From an uncultured delta proteobacterium (lineage in GTDB: Bacteria > Desulfobacterota > Deferrimicrobia > Deferrimicrobiales > Deferrimicrobiaceae), in contig CAWEPX010000027.1 of the NCBI GenBank assembly GCA_963811025.1, positions 219,745 through 283,744 on the forward strand: DNA of 64,000 nucleotides. Reading direction: 5' to 3'. Position 1 is the first letter of the stretch; each line of letters begins with the position of its first letter. The translations under genes were made by a program, and so were the position numbers. The notes beneath the pieces are model-generated. The model had not been told where the DNA came from. It searched no databases and saw only the letters and a list, made by a program, of their open reading frames with translations. Positions 48,668 through 59,211 of this stretch are shown piece after piece.

Positions 48668-50173
48668 CTATTTTTCCTTCTTCATCTTCCGTTTCCATGC
48701 CAGGTCGAGCCATTCGTTCATGTCGCGGATGTTCCGGGAGAGGTACCAGCGTCCGTTCGCGAAAACCCCGTAATCGGCTCCGGCCATCGCGGAGGCAAAG
48801 CGGGTGGAATTCGCGAAGAATAGCCACTGTTCCACCCACATCTTCTCGATCGGTTCGTTGAAGATGCTGTCGTTCTGCGCAAGTCCCTTCGCCACCCCCC
48901 TCTCCCAGGCGACAAGGAGGATGTTCGTGGCGGCCAGGGTCATCTCGTTCGTGGTCCGGATCGTTTCCTCGAAGCGGGCGAAATGCCCTTCCACCCAGTT
49001 TCCGCCGTGGCAGCCGGAACAGATCTTCTGTATCTTTGCCGTCCGGTCTTTCCCTTCCTGGGCACTGATCAGATACGACGACGCTGGCTCGCCGGTGAGC
49101 TCGGTGGGAAGAGGAAGACCTGCCTTGTTCCGGATCACCGTGGTGTCCGGGGACAGCGGGTGGGGGTGGGCATAGACGGGTCCGAAGATCCGCCAGGCCT
49201 GACGGTCGTTCATCTGGTGGGAACGTTCGGCGATGATCTCCGGTTGGTCGCCCTCCCCGCCGACCAGGAGACTCACGTGGCAGGCGGCACAGGTGGGAGC
49301 GGTAAAATCCGTACCGATCTTCCAGGGGACGCTCGTAAAGTCCCACGTGTCTCCGAGAGAGGAATAGATATTCCCGTGCTTGCTTACCAGGTAGACGGGG
49401 TAGGCGGGTACGTCCGGCCCCTTGTGGCACTCGGAGCAGGTGGCGGGATTCCTGGCCACCTTGATTGAGAACTGGTGCCGGGTGTGGCAGGACGTGCAGG
49501 ATCCCTTCGAGTCATCGGGATTGATGCGCCCCACCCCCTGGTTCGGCCACCCCGATAAAACGGGAAACGCCATTTCCCCCATCGCGGTCTCACGTTGCCG
49601 CATCCCCGACACCCCGATCACGGTTCCATGGCAATAGAAGCAGGCGTCGGCGTTTGTCTGATCCGAGGGAGAGGTGAGCCCGATCGTTCCGTCGCTGAAG
49701 GCATACGTGCCGTTCACCTGATCCACGAGCCCGTGGTAAACCGCGTTGTTGTTCAGGTTCGCGTATGCATGGGACATGATGTTCCGGGAATATTGCATTG
49801 TCTCCTCGGGATGACAGGTGGAGCAGTCCGGGGGGCTGACAACGATATGTACGCGATGCCCGTTGTGGTCGAAGGTGCCCTTGTGGGTATCCGGCTTCAG
49901 CGTGTGACATTCGGCACATCCAACGACCGTTTTCAGCAACGTTTCGGGTACGCTCTTCGCCGATACTCTCCTCTGGAGAGCCGGTTTTTTCAACCCTTCC
50001 TCGGGGGTCACCCGGGAATGGAGGGAACGCTTCCAGTCGGCGACGATCCCCGGGGTGACATCCGCATGGCAGGACAGGCATTCTTCGGTCTTATCACTCA
50101 CCGGGGGAGACGCGATCGCTGCAGAGGCCCCAATGAACAGAAAGGTCAGAACACGGAGAGATGCCTTTTGCAT
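48668..50173 (-). CDS. Octaheme c-type cytochrome, HAO/ONR/OTR superfamily
   Basis: Signal peptide MQKASLRVLTFLFIGASAAIA. Eight CxxCH (CLSCH, CAECH, CSTCH, CFYCH, CTSCH, CSECH, CAACH, CSGCH); 501 aa. Confidence 0.75.
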   Translation of the reverse strand: MQKASLRVLTFLFIGASAAIASPPVSDKTEECLSCHADVTPGIVADWKRSLHSRVTPEEGLKKPALQRRVSAKSVPETLLKTVVGCAECHTLKPDTHKGTFDHNGHRVHIVVSPPDCSTCHPEETMQYSRNIMSHAYANLNNNAVYHGLVDQVNGTYAFSDGTIGLTSPSDQTNADACFYCHGTVIGVSGMRQRETAMGEMAFPVLSGWPNQGVGRINPDDSKGSCTSCHTRHQFSIKVARNPATCSECHKGPDVPAYPVYLVSKHGNIYSSLGDTWDFTSVPWKIGTDFTAPTCAACHVSLLVGGEGDQPEIIAERSHQMNDRQAWRIFGPVYAHPHPLSPDTTVIRNKAGLPLPTELTGEPASSYLISAQEGKDRTAKIQKICSGCHGGNWVEGHFARFEETIRTTNEMTLAATNILLVAWERGVAKGLAQNDSIFNEPIEKMWVEQWLFFANSTRFASAMAGADYGVFANGRWYLSRNIRDMNEWLDLAWKRKMKKEK

Positions 50174-50321
50174 CGGGAGACCCCTCCTTTAGGGAAGAAT
50201 TTCACTGCGTGGAAATTTTCCGTTTTGTTATTCGAGCGGCGGTTCCCATTCCCGGTTGCTCCGCTGGCACCCCGGCATGATCAAGCTTTGTGGAATCATG
50301 CCTCCGTTGAGAAATGCGCAT

Positions 50322-50366
50322 TGATCCAAACGGAAACGGAGCCCGGGAAGCGGTTCCCCGGGCTCC
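50322..50366 (-). terminator. GC-rich hairpin terminator after the 9-heme cytochrome gene
   Basis: ggagcccgggaa-gcgg-ttccccgggctcc stem followed by a T-rich stretch on the minus-strand RNA. Confidence 0.5.
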
Positions 50367-50399
50367 GTACATTCCACCGTCTCCTGCAGGACCCCGACG

Positions 50400-51740
50400 C
50401 TACGGCGTTGCGGATTGCGGCGGCGGGGCGGTCTGTACCACGTTGTCGTTTGCGGCCTGCTCATCCCCCTCGTACGCGGGCTGCAGCCATCCCAGCGCGT
50501 CCACGACCGGATCGGTAAGCCAGTAATCGGCATACGCGGCCGCGTGGCAGTTGTTGCAGTCCGACACATTGAACGAGGCATAGACGGCTGTGCCGATTAC
50601 GTTCCTCTGGATATTGTGCGGCGTCGCATATTTCCACGTCGGCCGTGCCGTCATGTCGGGAATGAGTCCGTTGAGGGCCAGAGCCCCGCTGTACTGGAAC
50701 ACGTCGTTGTCCACGGGGACGTGGCGGAGCACGGCGTACTTCTTGTGCGCCGTATCCCCTGTCCCCAGCCACCTCGGATTTTTTCCGACCCGGATGGTCA
50801 TGAGGGCGTCCGGCGCAGACCCTTCCGGCCGGACGGCGAGCGTCGGGTCTCCCTCGTTGATGCGGTAGAAGGGGAGATCGGTGCCTCCCGCGTCGATGTC
50901 CGTATGGCAACCGAAGCAGTTCTTGTAGGGCTGCGCGTGGCATACCTGGCAATCCATGGTGGCCAGGTGGCCCGCGCTGTGCAGAGTGTTCGTCCCTGCC
51001 ACAACGTGGCAGTTCGCGCACTGGGGCGTTCCGGCGACGTCGTACCGGTCGCCGCTGCCCGCCGGATCCGGCACACCGGTTCCGTGCATCTCTGCCTCGC
51101 TGTGGCAGAAGACACAGCCTTTCGGGAGGCCGGTCGTATTGTCAATCGCCTGCGTCCGGGCGAAATGGACGTCGGGCAGAACGTTCGCCAGGCCCAGGTC
51201 GTTCCTCCCGATGAGCGCGTTGTTGAGGCCGAAGAACTCGTCCTTCACCCGGCTCCCGTGACATGCCGTGCAGTTTCGCTCCATGTCCGGGGTGTAGCGG
51301 AAGTTGTGCCCGTTCAGGAATCCGCCTCCCGCGACCTGCGGTACCGAAACGTGGCAGAAACCACAGGCGGGCTGCGCGCTGCCATTGGCGATGTGGCACT
51401 TGGTGCACTGCTCGTCGAACCGGGCCCTGGACTCGGTGTTGTCGGTGAAATCGAACCCCCGGTCGCCCAGGATCTTCACATAGCCCCCCAGCGTGGTATG
51501 CAGGCTCGATGCGCTGGCGGTCGCGATGGTCTGGGTGGCACCGATCGCGCTGCATGTGTCCGCCCCGGGGATCGATTCCCACGTATTGTCGTGCGCCGCG
51601 GCCCTCGTGGAGGCGGTGTCGTCGCCGCCGTGGCAGGCCGTGCAGCTCTGCGACCCGTGGGGGTTCGTGTTGTCGAGGAAGTTATCCGGATACTGCTCGA
51701 TCAGGCCGTTGTAAACCCAAATCTTTTTTTGCGCCGGCAC
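50400..51740 (-). CDS. Nine-heme c-type cytochrome with no signal peptide of its own (GTG start, or fused to the upstream ORF through an in-frame TGA)
   Basis: Nine CxxCH (CTACH, CTKCH, CGFCH, CTACH, CVFCH, CANCH, CQVCH, CFGCH, CNNCH). N-terminus VPAQKKIWVYNG is not hydrophobic. In frame with ORF 51759..53033, separated only by a TGA plus 6 codons. Confidence 0.75.
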   Translation of the reverse strand: MPAQKKIWVYNGLIEQYPDNFLDNTNPHGSQSCTACHGGDDTASTRAAAHDNTWESIPGADTCSAIGATQTIATASASSLHTTLGGYVKILGDRGFDFTDNTESRARFDEQCTKCHIANGSAQPACGFCHVSVPQVAGGGFLNGHNFRYTPDMERNCTACHGSRVKDEFFGLNNALIGRNDLGLANVLPDVHFARTQAIDNTTGLPKGCVFCHSEAEMHGTGVPDPAGSGDRYDVAGTPQCANCHVVAGTNTLHSAGHLATMDCQVCHAQPYKNCFGCHTDIDAGGTDLPFYRINEGDPTLAVRPEGSAPDALMTIRVGKNPRWLGTGDTAHKKYAVLRHVPVDNDVFQYSGALALNGLIPDMTARPTWKYATPHNIQRNVIGTAVYASFNVSDCNNCHAAAYADYWLTDPVVDALGWLQPAYEGDEQAANDNVVQTAPPPQSATP

Positions 51741-51758
51741 GGACGCAACTTCTCCGCC

Positions 51759-53033
51759 TCAGCCCTCGCCCGACGAGGGCGGGGTGACGACGCCCGCCGC
51801 CGGAAATTTCTCCAGTTCGGTCCAGAGGGCGGTCAGGCTCGTGTGGCATCCCTGGCATCCCGTGGACGGCGGTGTATAGACGGCCAGATTGTCGATGCCT
51901 CCCCCCCAGTTGTGCAGCGGGAAGTCCCATCCCCTGTTCAGATCGAAGTTCACCAGTTGGCCGGAGGACGGTGCGGTGGTGCTCCAGCCGTTCATTCCGT
52001 ACAGGAGGTTCTTCGCATCGTATCCCAGGATCCCGAGCGCCATGGTGGACAGGGATCCCGTGTGCCCCGTGTAGCAGTAGGCGACGATCGGCTTCCCGGG
52101 GGCAACCGCGAACTTCGTGTAGTTCACAAGATCCGCGACCGACTTGTAGGGGATGTTGATGGCTCCGGGGATGTGCCCGGCATCGTAGACGTCGGCCGCC
52201 CGGACGCTGATGATCTGGGGATCATTGGCGGCGTCGCCGTCTTCCAGGTTGTCCGCCAGGGTCTTCGGGTAGACCTGAAGGTCGAACTGGGTGGGGACGG
52301 AGTTCAGGTAATCCCCGGCACGCACCAGAATCTTCTTCACCAGCGTATCCGTAACCGGTGTGAAGGAGGCATAGCGCGGATACGCACCCTGATCCGTCCC
52401 GGCATTCGTCCCGGCCTCCGTGGCTTTCTGCACGGTGACCACCCCGGCCCCGTCGTCGAAGCGCGTGTTCGAGGGAACCAGCGTCCTGTCGAAGGACCAG
52501 GAGGTCATTCCCGCGAAGAGAGCCGTGGACCGGGGAAAGTTGCCGGGATTCGCCGGGTCCGTGATGCGGGCGAGGTTGATGACCAGGCTGGCCATGTTGC
52601 CGTCGTTCCCCCAGTAGGAAGCCACGACGACCTCCTTGTCCGCAGGAATCCCGGAGGTCCCGTCGAGCAGGGCCTGGGGAAGCGTCTGGAGGGGGATGTT
52701 GATCGCGCCGGGGATGTGTCCCGCGGCAAAGTCGGCAGGCTCCCGGGTGTCGACCACGAAAAGGTCCTCGGGAGCTTTCGTGTTGTCGAGACCGCTCAGC
52801 TGTTTCATGACCACGTCGGGGTTCGTCGTGTTGTAGCCGAGAGCCAGCACCGCGTTGACCCTCTCGGCGATCTCCTGGAGATCGGCACTGGGCGTCGTGC
52901 TCGTGCCGACGACGGACCCCGAAACCGGCGGGGCAGAGGAGGTGCCGCCGCCACCGCCGTTGCACCCCGCGAGGAGCAAGGGAATGCACAGGGCAACCAC
53001 CGTCAGCCCATGAATTATTCGACGTTTGTCCAA
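51759..53033 (-). CDS. Lipoprotein with tandem rhodanese domains and a C-terminal CQGCH heme motif (TTG start)
   Basis: Lipobox LLLAGC. Rhodanese domains (...VVDTREPADFAAGHIPGAINIP...; ...AADVYDAGHIPGAINIPY...AYCYTGHTGS with the active-site Cys). C-terminal ...STGCQGCHTSLTALW. SD GGAGG upstream of TTG 53033. Confidence 0.75.
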   Translation of the reverse strand: MDKRRIIHGLTVVALCIPLLLAGCNGGGGGTSSAPPVSGSVVGTSTTPSADLQEIAERVNAVLALGYNTTNPDVVMKQLSGLDNTKAPEDLFVVDTREPADFAAGHIPGAINIPLQTLPQALLDGTSGIPADKEVVVASYWGNDGNMASLVINLARITDPANPGNFPRSTALFAGMTSWSFDRTLVPSNTRFDDGAGVVTVQKATEAGTNAGTDQGAYPRYASFTPVTDTLVKKILVRAGDYLNSVPTQFDLQVYPKTLADNLEDGDAANDPQIISVRAADVYDAGHIPGAINIPYKSVADLVNYTKFAVAPGKPIVAYCYTGHTGSLSTMALGILGYDAKNLLYGMNGWSTTAPSSGQLVNFDLNRGWDFPLHNWGGGIDNLAVYTPPSTGCQGCHTSLTALWTELEKFPAAGVVTPPSSGEG

Positions 53034-53340
53034 GACTGCCTCCTTCCTTCACCCTCTTGCTGGCGGTTCACTGCGGTTTCCTTCCATGATGTTTTTTCCC
53101 CGCCGTATTGGGTCACCTCCTTTTTCCATTCGTAGGGGGTCGCTACGCTTCCCTTATCCCGTTTCCCAGGCGACGTATCCGTGCGAACGGCAATATTGTA
53201 TACAGTATACTTATAGGAAATCAATATATCGATGGGCATCAATCGTAGTGCCTACGGTGGGAACTCCTGCATGCCAACCCCGTTTGCACACCTTTTCGCC
53301 GGGAATATGCATTCGGCCTTTTCCATGGCAATCGGAAACC

Positions 53341-53574
53341 TTACCAATCCTCCTTGAACGGGAGAATAACGTCGTAGTGCCTCTCGTAGTCCGCAGGGGA
53401 ATGAAGCCTTGCCTTTTTTTCCTGCAGCAGATCGTTGATCGCGTGATGGATAAATGATCGAAGATCCTCCCGGGAAATGGATGCCCTGGCGAGGTGGACA
53501 TTGCCACACGGAGTGTCCGGCCGCATCCCTTGTGGCGGAGAAATCATCCACGAATTAATATTCTCGCATTGCAA
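53341..53574 (-). CDS. Possible small protein (C-terminal ~45 aa look protein-like); low confidence
   Basis: ...ASISREDLRSFIHHAINDLLQEKKARLHSPADYERHYDVILPFKEDW; lower GC than surroundings, no clear SD, alternative start codons. Confidence 0.25.
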   Translation of the reverse strand: MQCENINSWMISPPQGMRPDTPCGNVHLARASISREDLRSFIHHAINDLLQEKKARLHSPADYERHYDVILPFKEDW

Positions 53575-53643
53575 AGAAGGGGTTCTGCCGGAACGAAGAA
53601 AGCAAGTATAATTGTATTCAATTCCAAATCAAGAGGACTCTTC

Positions 53644-54202
53644 ATGAAGATCGACCCGCTCGTATTCTCCGCGAAGTTCCCTGACCGCTGCCGGCTCGAC
53701 CTGTGCCGGAGCAGGTGCTGCCGTTTCGGCGTCTGGGTGGACATCGAGGAGCAGGAGACGATTATCGCGAACCAGGAAACTCTTCACTCCCTACCTTCGC
53801 CCGGAGGCGAAGGACCCCGGGACGTGGTTCGGCAAGACGGAGGAGGACCCGGATTGCCCGAGCGGGTTGGCCGTGGAGACGCAGGACATCGCGGGAGCGT
53901 GCTCCTTTTATCACCCGGCGCACGGTTGCGTACTGCAGAAAGGCGCCGTCGAGGCAGGCCTCCACGAGTGGATCATCAAGCCGCGGTTCTGCATCATGTT
54001 CCCCCTTGTCGTCTCCGGCGGGGAACTGACGGTCGATGACGACATGAAGAACCTGTGGTGCATGAAGGGAAAGAACCGGACCCGCCCCATCCTCGAGGCC
54101 GTGCGGAAAGAGGTGGAGTTCCTGTTCGACGAGGAACAGCGCCGAAGGCTGTGCGCAGAAGAGGAGTCGCTCCCGGCCGTAAAGGCCCGGGGAAGGCGCT
54201 AG
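53644..54202 (+). CDS. YkgJ/UPF0153-family Fe-S/zinc-chelating CxxCxxCC protein, interrupted by a frameshift at ~53795-53802
   Basis: MKIDPLVFSAKFPDRCRLDLCRSRCCRFGVWV... then, after removing one G in cccggagg, ...PEAKDPGTWFGKTEEDPDCPSGLAVETQDIAGACSFYHPAHGCVLQ...PRFCIMFPLV.... Confidence 0.7.
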
Positions 54203-54269
54203 GGAGCGGGACCACCCCTCGACATACAACACGAAACCGGATTGTCCCCGATGACTTGCGTCGTCGCTT

Positions 54270-57114
54270 TCATGCGAGGGCGCGCCGCCCTTCCCTTCTT
54301 CCCAGAACCTTCCGCAGAAACCGCCCCGTGTGGGAGCGCGGGTTTTCCGCAACCTCCTCGGGCGTACCGCACGCGACCACATGGCCGCCCCGGTCTCCCC
54401 CCTCCGGACCCAGGTCGATGATGTAGTCGGCCGTCTTGATCACGTCCAGGTTGTGCTCGATGATGATCACCGTGTTCCCCGACTCCGCGAACATCTGGAG
54501 CACCGAGAGCAGCTTCCGGATATCGTCGAAATGCAGGCCCGTGGTGGGCTCGTCGAGGAGGTAGACGGTTTTCCCCGTCGCCCGCTTCGAGAGTTCCCGG
54601 GCGAGCTTCACCCGCTGCGCCTCGCCTCCGGAAAGGGTCGTGGCGGGCTGTCCGAGGCGGATGTAGCCCAGCCCCACCCGGGAGAGGGTGGAGAGCTTCT
54701 GCCGGATCGCCGGGATGTTCTCGAGGAAGGGCAGGGCCTGGTCGACCGTCATGTCGAGCACGTCGGCAATCGTCTTCCCCTTGTAGGCGATCTCGAGGGT
54801 CTCGCGGTTGTACCGCTTTCCCCGGCAGACCTCGCACGTAACGTAGACGTCCGGCATGAAGTGCATCTCGATCTTGATGATGCCGTCCCCCTCGCACGCC
54901 TCGCAGCGGCCTCCCTTGACGTTGAACGAGTACCGCCCGGGCCGGTAGCCGCGCGCCCTGCTCTCCGGGAGCATCGCGAAAAGGTCGCGGATCGGGGTGA
55001 AGGCGCCGGAGTACGTGGCCGGGTTGGACCGGGGAGTCCGGCCGATCGGCGACTGGTCGATGTTGATCACCTTGTCGACGAGCGAAAGCCCCCCGAGGGC
55101 GTCGTAGGCACCGGGCCGGTCTCGGGAGCCGTAGATCTTCTGCGCGAGCGCCCGGTAGAGGGTGTCCAGGACCAGTGTCGATTTTCCCGACCCGGAGACG
55201 CCGGTGACGCAGGTGATGACCCCGAGCGGGAAGGAGACGTCGAGGTTCTTCAGGTTGTTCGCCGCGCACCCCGCAAGCGTGAGAAAGTTCCCGTTCGGCC
55301 GCCGCCGGGTCGCAGGAACCGGAATCTCCTTCCTCCCCGACAGGTAGAGCGCGGTGAGGGAGACGTCGCTTTCCAGGATCCTCCCGGGCGGCCCCGCCGT
55401 GACGACGTGACCGCCGTGCTCGCCCGCACCGGGGCCCATGTCGATCACGTAGTCCGCCTGACGGATCGTCTCTTCGTCGTGCTCGACCACCAGGACCGTG
55501 TTGCCCATGGTCGCGCAACTGCTTCAACGTGTCGAGCAGCCTGCGGTTGTCCCGCTGGTGCAGCCCGATGGACGGCTCGTCGAGGATGTACAGGACTCCC
55601 ATCAGCTGCGAGCCGATCTGCGTCGCCAGGCGGATCCGTTGCCCTTCCCCGCCCGAGAGCGTGGAAGAGGCCCGGTCGAGGGAGAGGTAGTCGAGTCCCA
55701 CGTTCGCGAGGAAGGAAAGTCGTGACCGAATCTCTTTCCGTATCCGCGCAGCGATCTGCTCCTCCCGTTCCGTGAGGGACAGGCCCTGGAAGAAGGCGAG
55801 GGATTCCCCGATGGAGAGCCGGGTGATCCCGTCGATTCCCAACCCCCCCACCGTGACGCACAACGCCTCCTTCTTGAGGCGGGCTCCCCCGCACGCCCGG
55901 CACGGGCGGTTGTTCATGTACCGGCCGAGCTCCTCCCGCACGCTTTCCGAATCGGTTTCCCGGAATCGCCGCTCCAGGTTTCCGATCACCCCCTCGAACG
56001 GCTTGGAGAAGGAGTAGCGACGCTCCCCTTCCTCCAGCGAGAAACGGACCGTCTCCCCTCCCGACCCGGAAAGAAGGGCCTCCCGGGTCCGGGCCGGGAG
56101 TTTCCCGAACGGCTCGTTCAGGGAGAACCCGTAGTGGACCGACAGCGCATCGAGCATCTGGAAGTAGAAGACCGTCGACCTCCTGCTCCAGGGGGCAATC
56201 GCTCCCTCCCGGATGCTTTTCTCCCTGTCGGGGACGATCAGGTCGGGATCGAAGTAGATCGTCGTCCCCAACCCGTCGCACTCCGGGCACGCCCCGTAGG
56301 GGCTGTTGAAGGAGAAAAGCCGAGGCGTGATTTCCGGGTAGCTCACGTTGCAGTCGGGGCAGGCGAACTTCTCGCTGTAGAGGGTGCCGTTTCCCTCCCC
56401 GTCGACGATGCGCACCAGCCCGTCGGAGAGGGAGAGGGAGAGCGCCACGGAATCGGACAATCTTCCCCGCGCCCCCTCCGAGACCCGCACCCGGTCGACC
56501 ACCACATCGATGTGGTGCTTCCTCTTCCTGTCGAGGACGATCTCTTCGTCCAGGCTTCTGGCCTCGCCGTCCACGAGGACCCGGGAGAACCCTTCCCGGG
56601 CGAGCTTGACAAGCTCTCTCCGGTATTCGCCCTTACGGCCCCTGACGATCGGGGCCAGAACCTGCACCTTCTCCCCGGCGCCCAATCCCATCACGGCATC
56701 GACGATCTGGGATACGGTCTGCTGGCGGATTTCCCGACCGCAGGAAGGGCAATGGACGACCCCGACCGATGCGTAAAGAAGCCGCAGGTAGTCGTAGATC
56801 TCGGTGACGGTCCCCACCGTCGACCGCGGGTTCTTGCTGACCGACTTCTGCTCGATGGAGATGGCGGGGGAGAGCCCCTCGATCGCGTCGACGTCGGGTT
56901 TTTCCATCTGCTCGAGGAACTGTCGTGCGTAGGCGGACAGGGACTCGACATACCGTCGCTGTCCCTCCGCGTAGATCGTGTCGAAGGCGAGCGACGACTT
57001 CCCCGACCCCGAGACCCCGGTGATCACGACCAGACGATCCCGGGGGATCTCCACGTCGATATTCTTCAGGTTGTGCTCCCGCGCCCCGCGCACGAGGATC
57101 CGGTCGAGCGCCAC
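54270..57114 (-). CDS. uvrA: Excinuclease ABC subunit A, interrupted by an extra base in a C3/G3 run (~55504-55506); GTG start
   Basis: N-terminal half ...[62 protein letters not shown]...; C-terminal half [15 protein letters not shown]...[12 protein letters not shown]...[12 protein letters not shown].... They join as ...[16 protein letters not shown]. Confidence 0.92.
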
Positions 57115-57119
57115 GGCGT

Positions 57120-58112
57120 CTACCTTCTCGCGGCAGCCATGCCCGCGGCCATGCGGAGGGCGGCCAGAAGGCTTTTGGGGTTGGCCGTCCCCTTGCCCGC
57201 GATGTCGTAGGCGGTGCCGTGATCGACCGAGGTGCGGATGATGGGGAGGCCCATCGTCACGTTGACGCCGTCCTCGAAGTGGACAAGCTTCAGGGGAATG
57301 AGACCGTGATCGTGCGTCATCGCAACCACCACGTCGAACTCCCCCCGGTACGCGCGGTAGAAGACGGTATCGGGGGGATAGGGGCCCGTCGCGTCGATTC
57401 CTTCCCTGCGGCAGGCGGAAACCGCCGGTGCTACCATCGTTTTCTCCTCGTCGCCGAACATCCCTCCCTCGCCCGCATGCGGGTTCAGCCCCGCCACGGC
57501 GATACGGGGAGCGTCCGTACCCATGTGCGCCCGGAAGAATGCATGCGTAATCCGGATGGTACGTACGATGAGCGCGGGAGAAAGAAGTTCCAGGGCTTTC
57601 CGCAGGCCGATATGGATGGTGACCAGCGCGACACGGAGGCGGGACCCCGCAAGCATCATCGCGACCTCCGCGCCGCCGCACAGGTCGGCGAGGAACTCGG
57701 TGTGGCCCGGGAAAGGTTCGCCGGCCGTTTTCAGCCCCTCCTTCGTGATCGGGCAGGTGACCACCGCGTCGGTTCGCCCTGCAATCGCGTCCCGGGCCGC
57801 CGCCCGGATGTAGTCCGCCATCGCATGGGCCCCCGCCCCCGAGAGCCTTCCGAACGGCACATCGTCCAGGGAAAGGGAAGAGATCGGCGCAACGACGATC
57901 CTGCCCGGTCCAGGCTCCCCGGCTTTTGCCACTTCGGTCGGCCTTCCCAGGACGGCCGAAGCCCGCCGCAGGATATTTTCGTCCCCGTACACCACAGGGC
58001 GACAAACGGAGAAGATCTCCGGGGACAGATGCGCAAGGACGATGATCTCCGGGCCGATCCCTGCCGGGTCCCCCATCGTGACGGCGATTTTCGGCCGTGT
58101 TTCCTTCTTCAA
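57120..58112 (-). CDS. pdxA: 4-hydroxythreonine-4-phosphate dehydrogenase
   Basis: 330 aa; ...[16 protein letters not shown]...GHTEFLA...[10 protein letters not shown].... Confidence 0.88.
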   Translation of the reverse strand: MKKETRPKIAVTMGDPAGIGPEIIVLAHLSPEIFSVCRPVVYGDENILRRASAVLGRPTEVAKAGEPGPGRIVVAPISSLSLDDVPFGRLSGAGAHAMADYIRAAARDAIAGRTDAVVTCPITKEGLKTAGEPFPGHTEFLADLCGGAEVAMMLAGSRLRVALVTIHIGLRKALELLSPALIVRTIRITHAFFRAHMGTDAPRIAVAGLNPHAGEGGMFGDEEKTMVAPAVSACRREGIDATGPYPPDTVFYRAYRGEFDVVVAMTHDHGLIPLKLVHFEDGVNVTMGLPIIRTSVDHGTAYDIAGKGTANPKSLLAALRMAAGMAAARR

Positions 58113-58233
58113 CCGCCTGTCCCTATTTGCCCCGGATCCGGAGGATCCGTTCGATCCGCGGGTGATGCCGGTTCTCGAGCTCCCGGACGATCCGGTGCGG
58201 CCATTCGTAGAGGTTCATGTTCCCATGCTCTTT

Positions 58234-59211
58234 CTAGAGACGTATATCGATCGTGGCCTCTTTCTTGAGTTCGGCCAGGATGTCGGCGAATGCCTTCTCG
58301 CTGCGCCGGTCCAGCATTTCCTCTCTCAGCGAGTCCTTCACGGCGGAAATATCCGGTAGCGTCCCCCCGCGGCGCTCGAGTACTTTGACCAGGTGAGCTC
58401 CCGCCTCGGTGAAGAAGGGGGGTGACGTATCTCCCGTTCTCAGCCGGGCGATCTGCTTCCTGATTTCCGGGAGCAGGTCCTCCGTCTTCACGAAATCGGC
58501 CGAGAACACGGTTACCCCGGGCGCAACGGATGAGAGCAGGTCGGATGCTTCCGTGAAGGTCATTCCGGATCGGATATACTCCGACGCCTCCTGCGCGGCG
58601 ATCCGCGTTCGGACGCCGTTGTCGGTCCCCACCCCCTCGTCCATGAAGGGAATGGTAAGCATCTCGAGACGCACTTCGGCTCCGACCAGAAACCGTTCCG
58701 CATTTTCCTGAAAATACGACCTCATTTCCTCCTCCGTGACAGTGACGTCCTTCAGTTTCTTCGCCCGGACGATCGCACCTCGTTCCATCTGCCACCGGAT
58801 CCGCCTCCGGTATCCCGCCAGGCTTACCCCTTCCTGTTCGAGCGCCGCCTGGAAATCGGACTCCGACATGTCGTTGCTCTTTCGTACAGACTCTATGGCG
58901 CGATCGACCTCCGCATCGGAGACGGACTGGCCGATCTTCTTGAGCTCCTGGTGGACCAGGACCGTCTCGATCAGCCCTTCAAGTCCCATCAGGACCCGTT
59001 CCCGATCCTTCTCTTCCCGAAGGTAGATGTCAGCGTCTCCCTCCGGTATGCCCAGGGATTCCGCGACTGACTCCCGGTACTCGGAGAAGGTGATCGGCTC
59101 GTCGTTGACCACCGCAACGACGCCGTCGACGATCCGTGCGCCTGCCGTCGAGACAAACGCAGCGAGAAAAAGCAGGAGAACCAGGACCGGCGTAACCCTT
59201 CCTGAGATCAT
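58234..59211 (-). CDS. SurA-like periplasmic chaperone / peptidyl-prolyl isomerase
   Basis: Signal peptide, SurA N-terminal chaperone-domain pattern (IVDGVVAVVNDEPITFSEY...); adjacent to pdxA as in the E. coli surA-pdxA arrangement. Confidence 0.7.
   Translation of the reverse strand: MISGRVTPVLVLLLFLAAFVSTAGARIVDGVVAVVNDEPITFSEYRESVAESLGIPEGDADIYLREEKDRERVLMGLEGLIETVLVHQELKKIGQSVSDAEVDRAIESVRKSNDMSESDFQAALEQEGVSLAGYRRRIRWQMERGAIVRAKKLKDVTVTEEEMRSYFQENAERFLVGAEVRLEMLTIPFMDEGVGTDNGVRTRIAAQEASEYIRSGMTFTEASDLLSSVAPGVTVFSADFVKTEDLLPEIRKQIARLRTGDTSPPFFTEAGAHLVKVLERRGGTLPDISAVKDSLREEMLDRRSEKAFADILAELKKEATIDIRL

Noticed and set aside
50230-50260. TGGCAC motif upstream of the octaheme cytochrome gene as a sigma-54 promoter
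   Set aside because: It is on the plus strand while the gene is on the minus strand, and the -12 element (TTGC) is missing at the correct spacing.
51700-51800. A SECIS-like hairpin downstream of the in-frame TGA
   Set aside because: No convincing stem-loop with the bacterial SECIS apical features was seen by eye. Selenocysteine recoding is therefore left as only one of several explanations.
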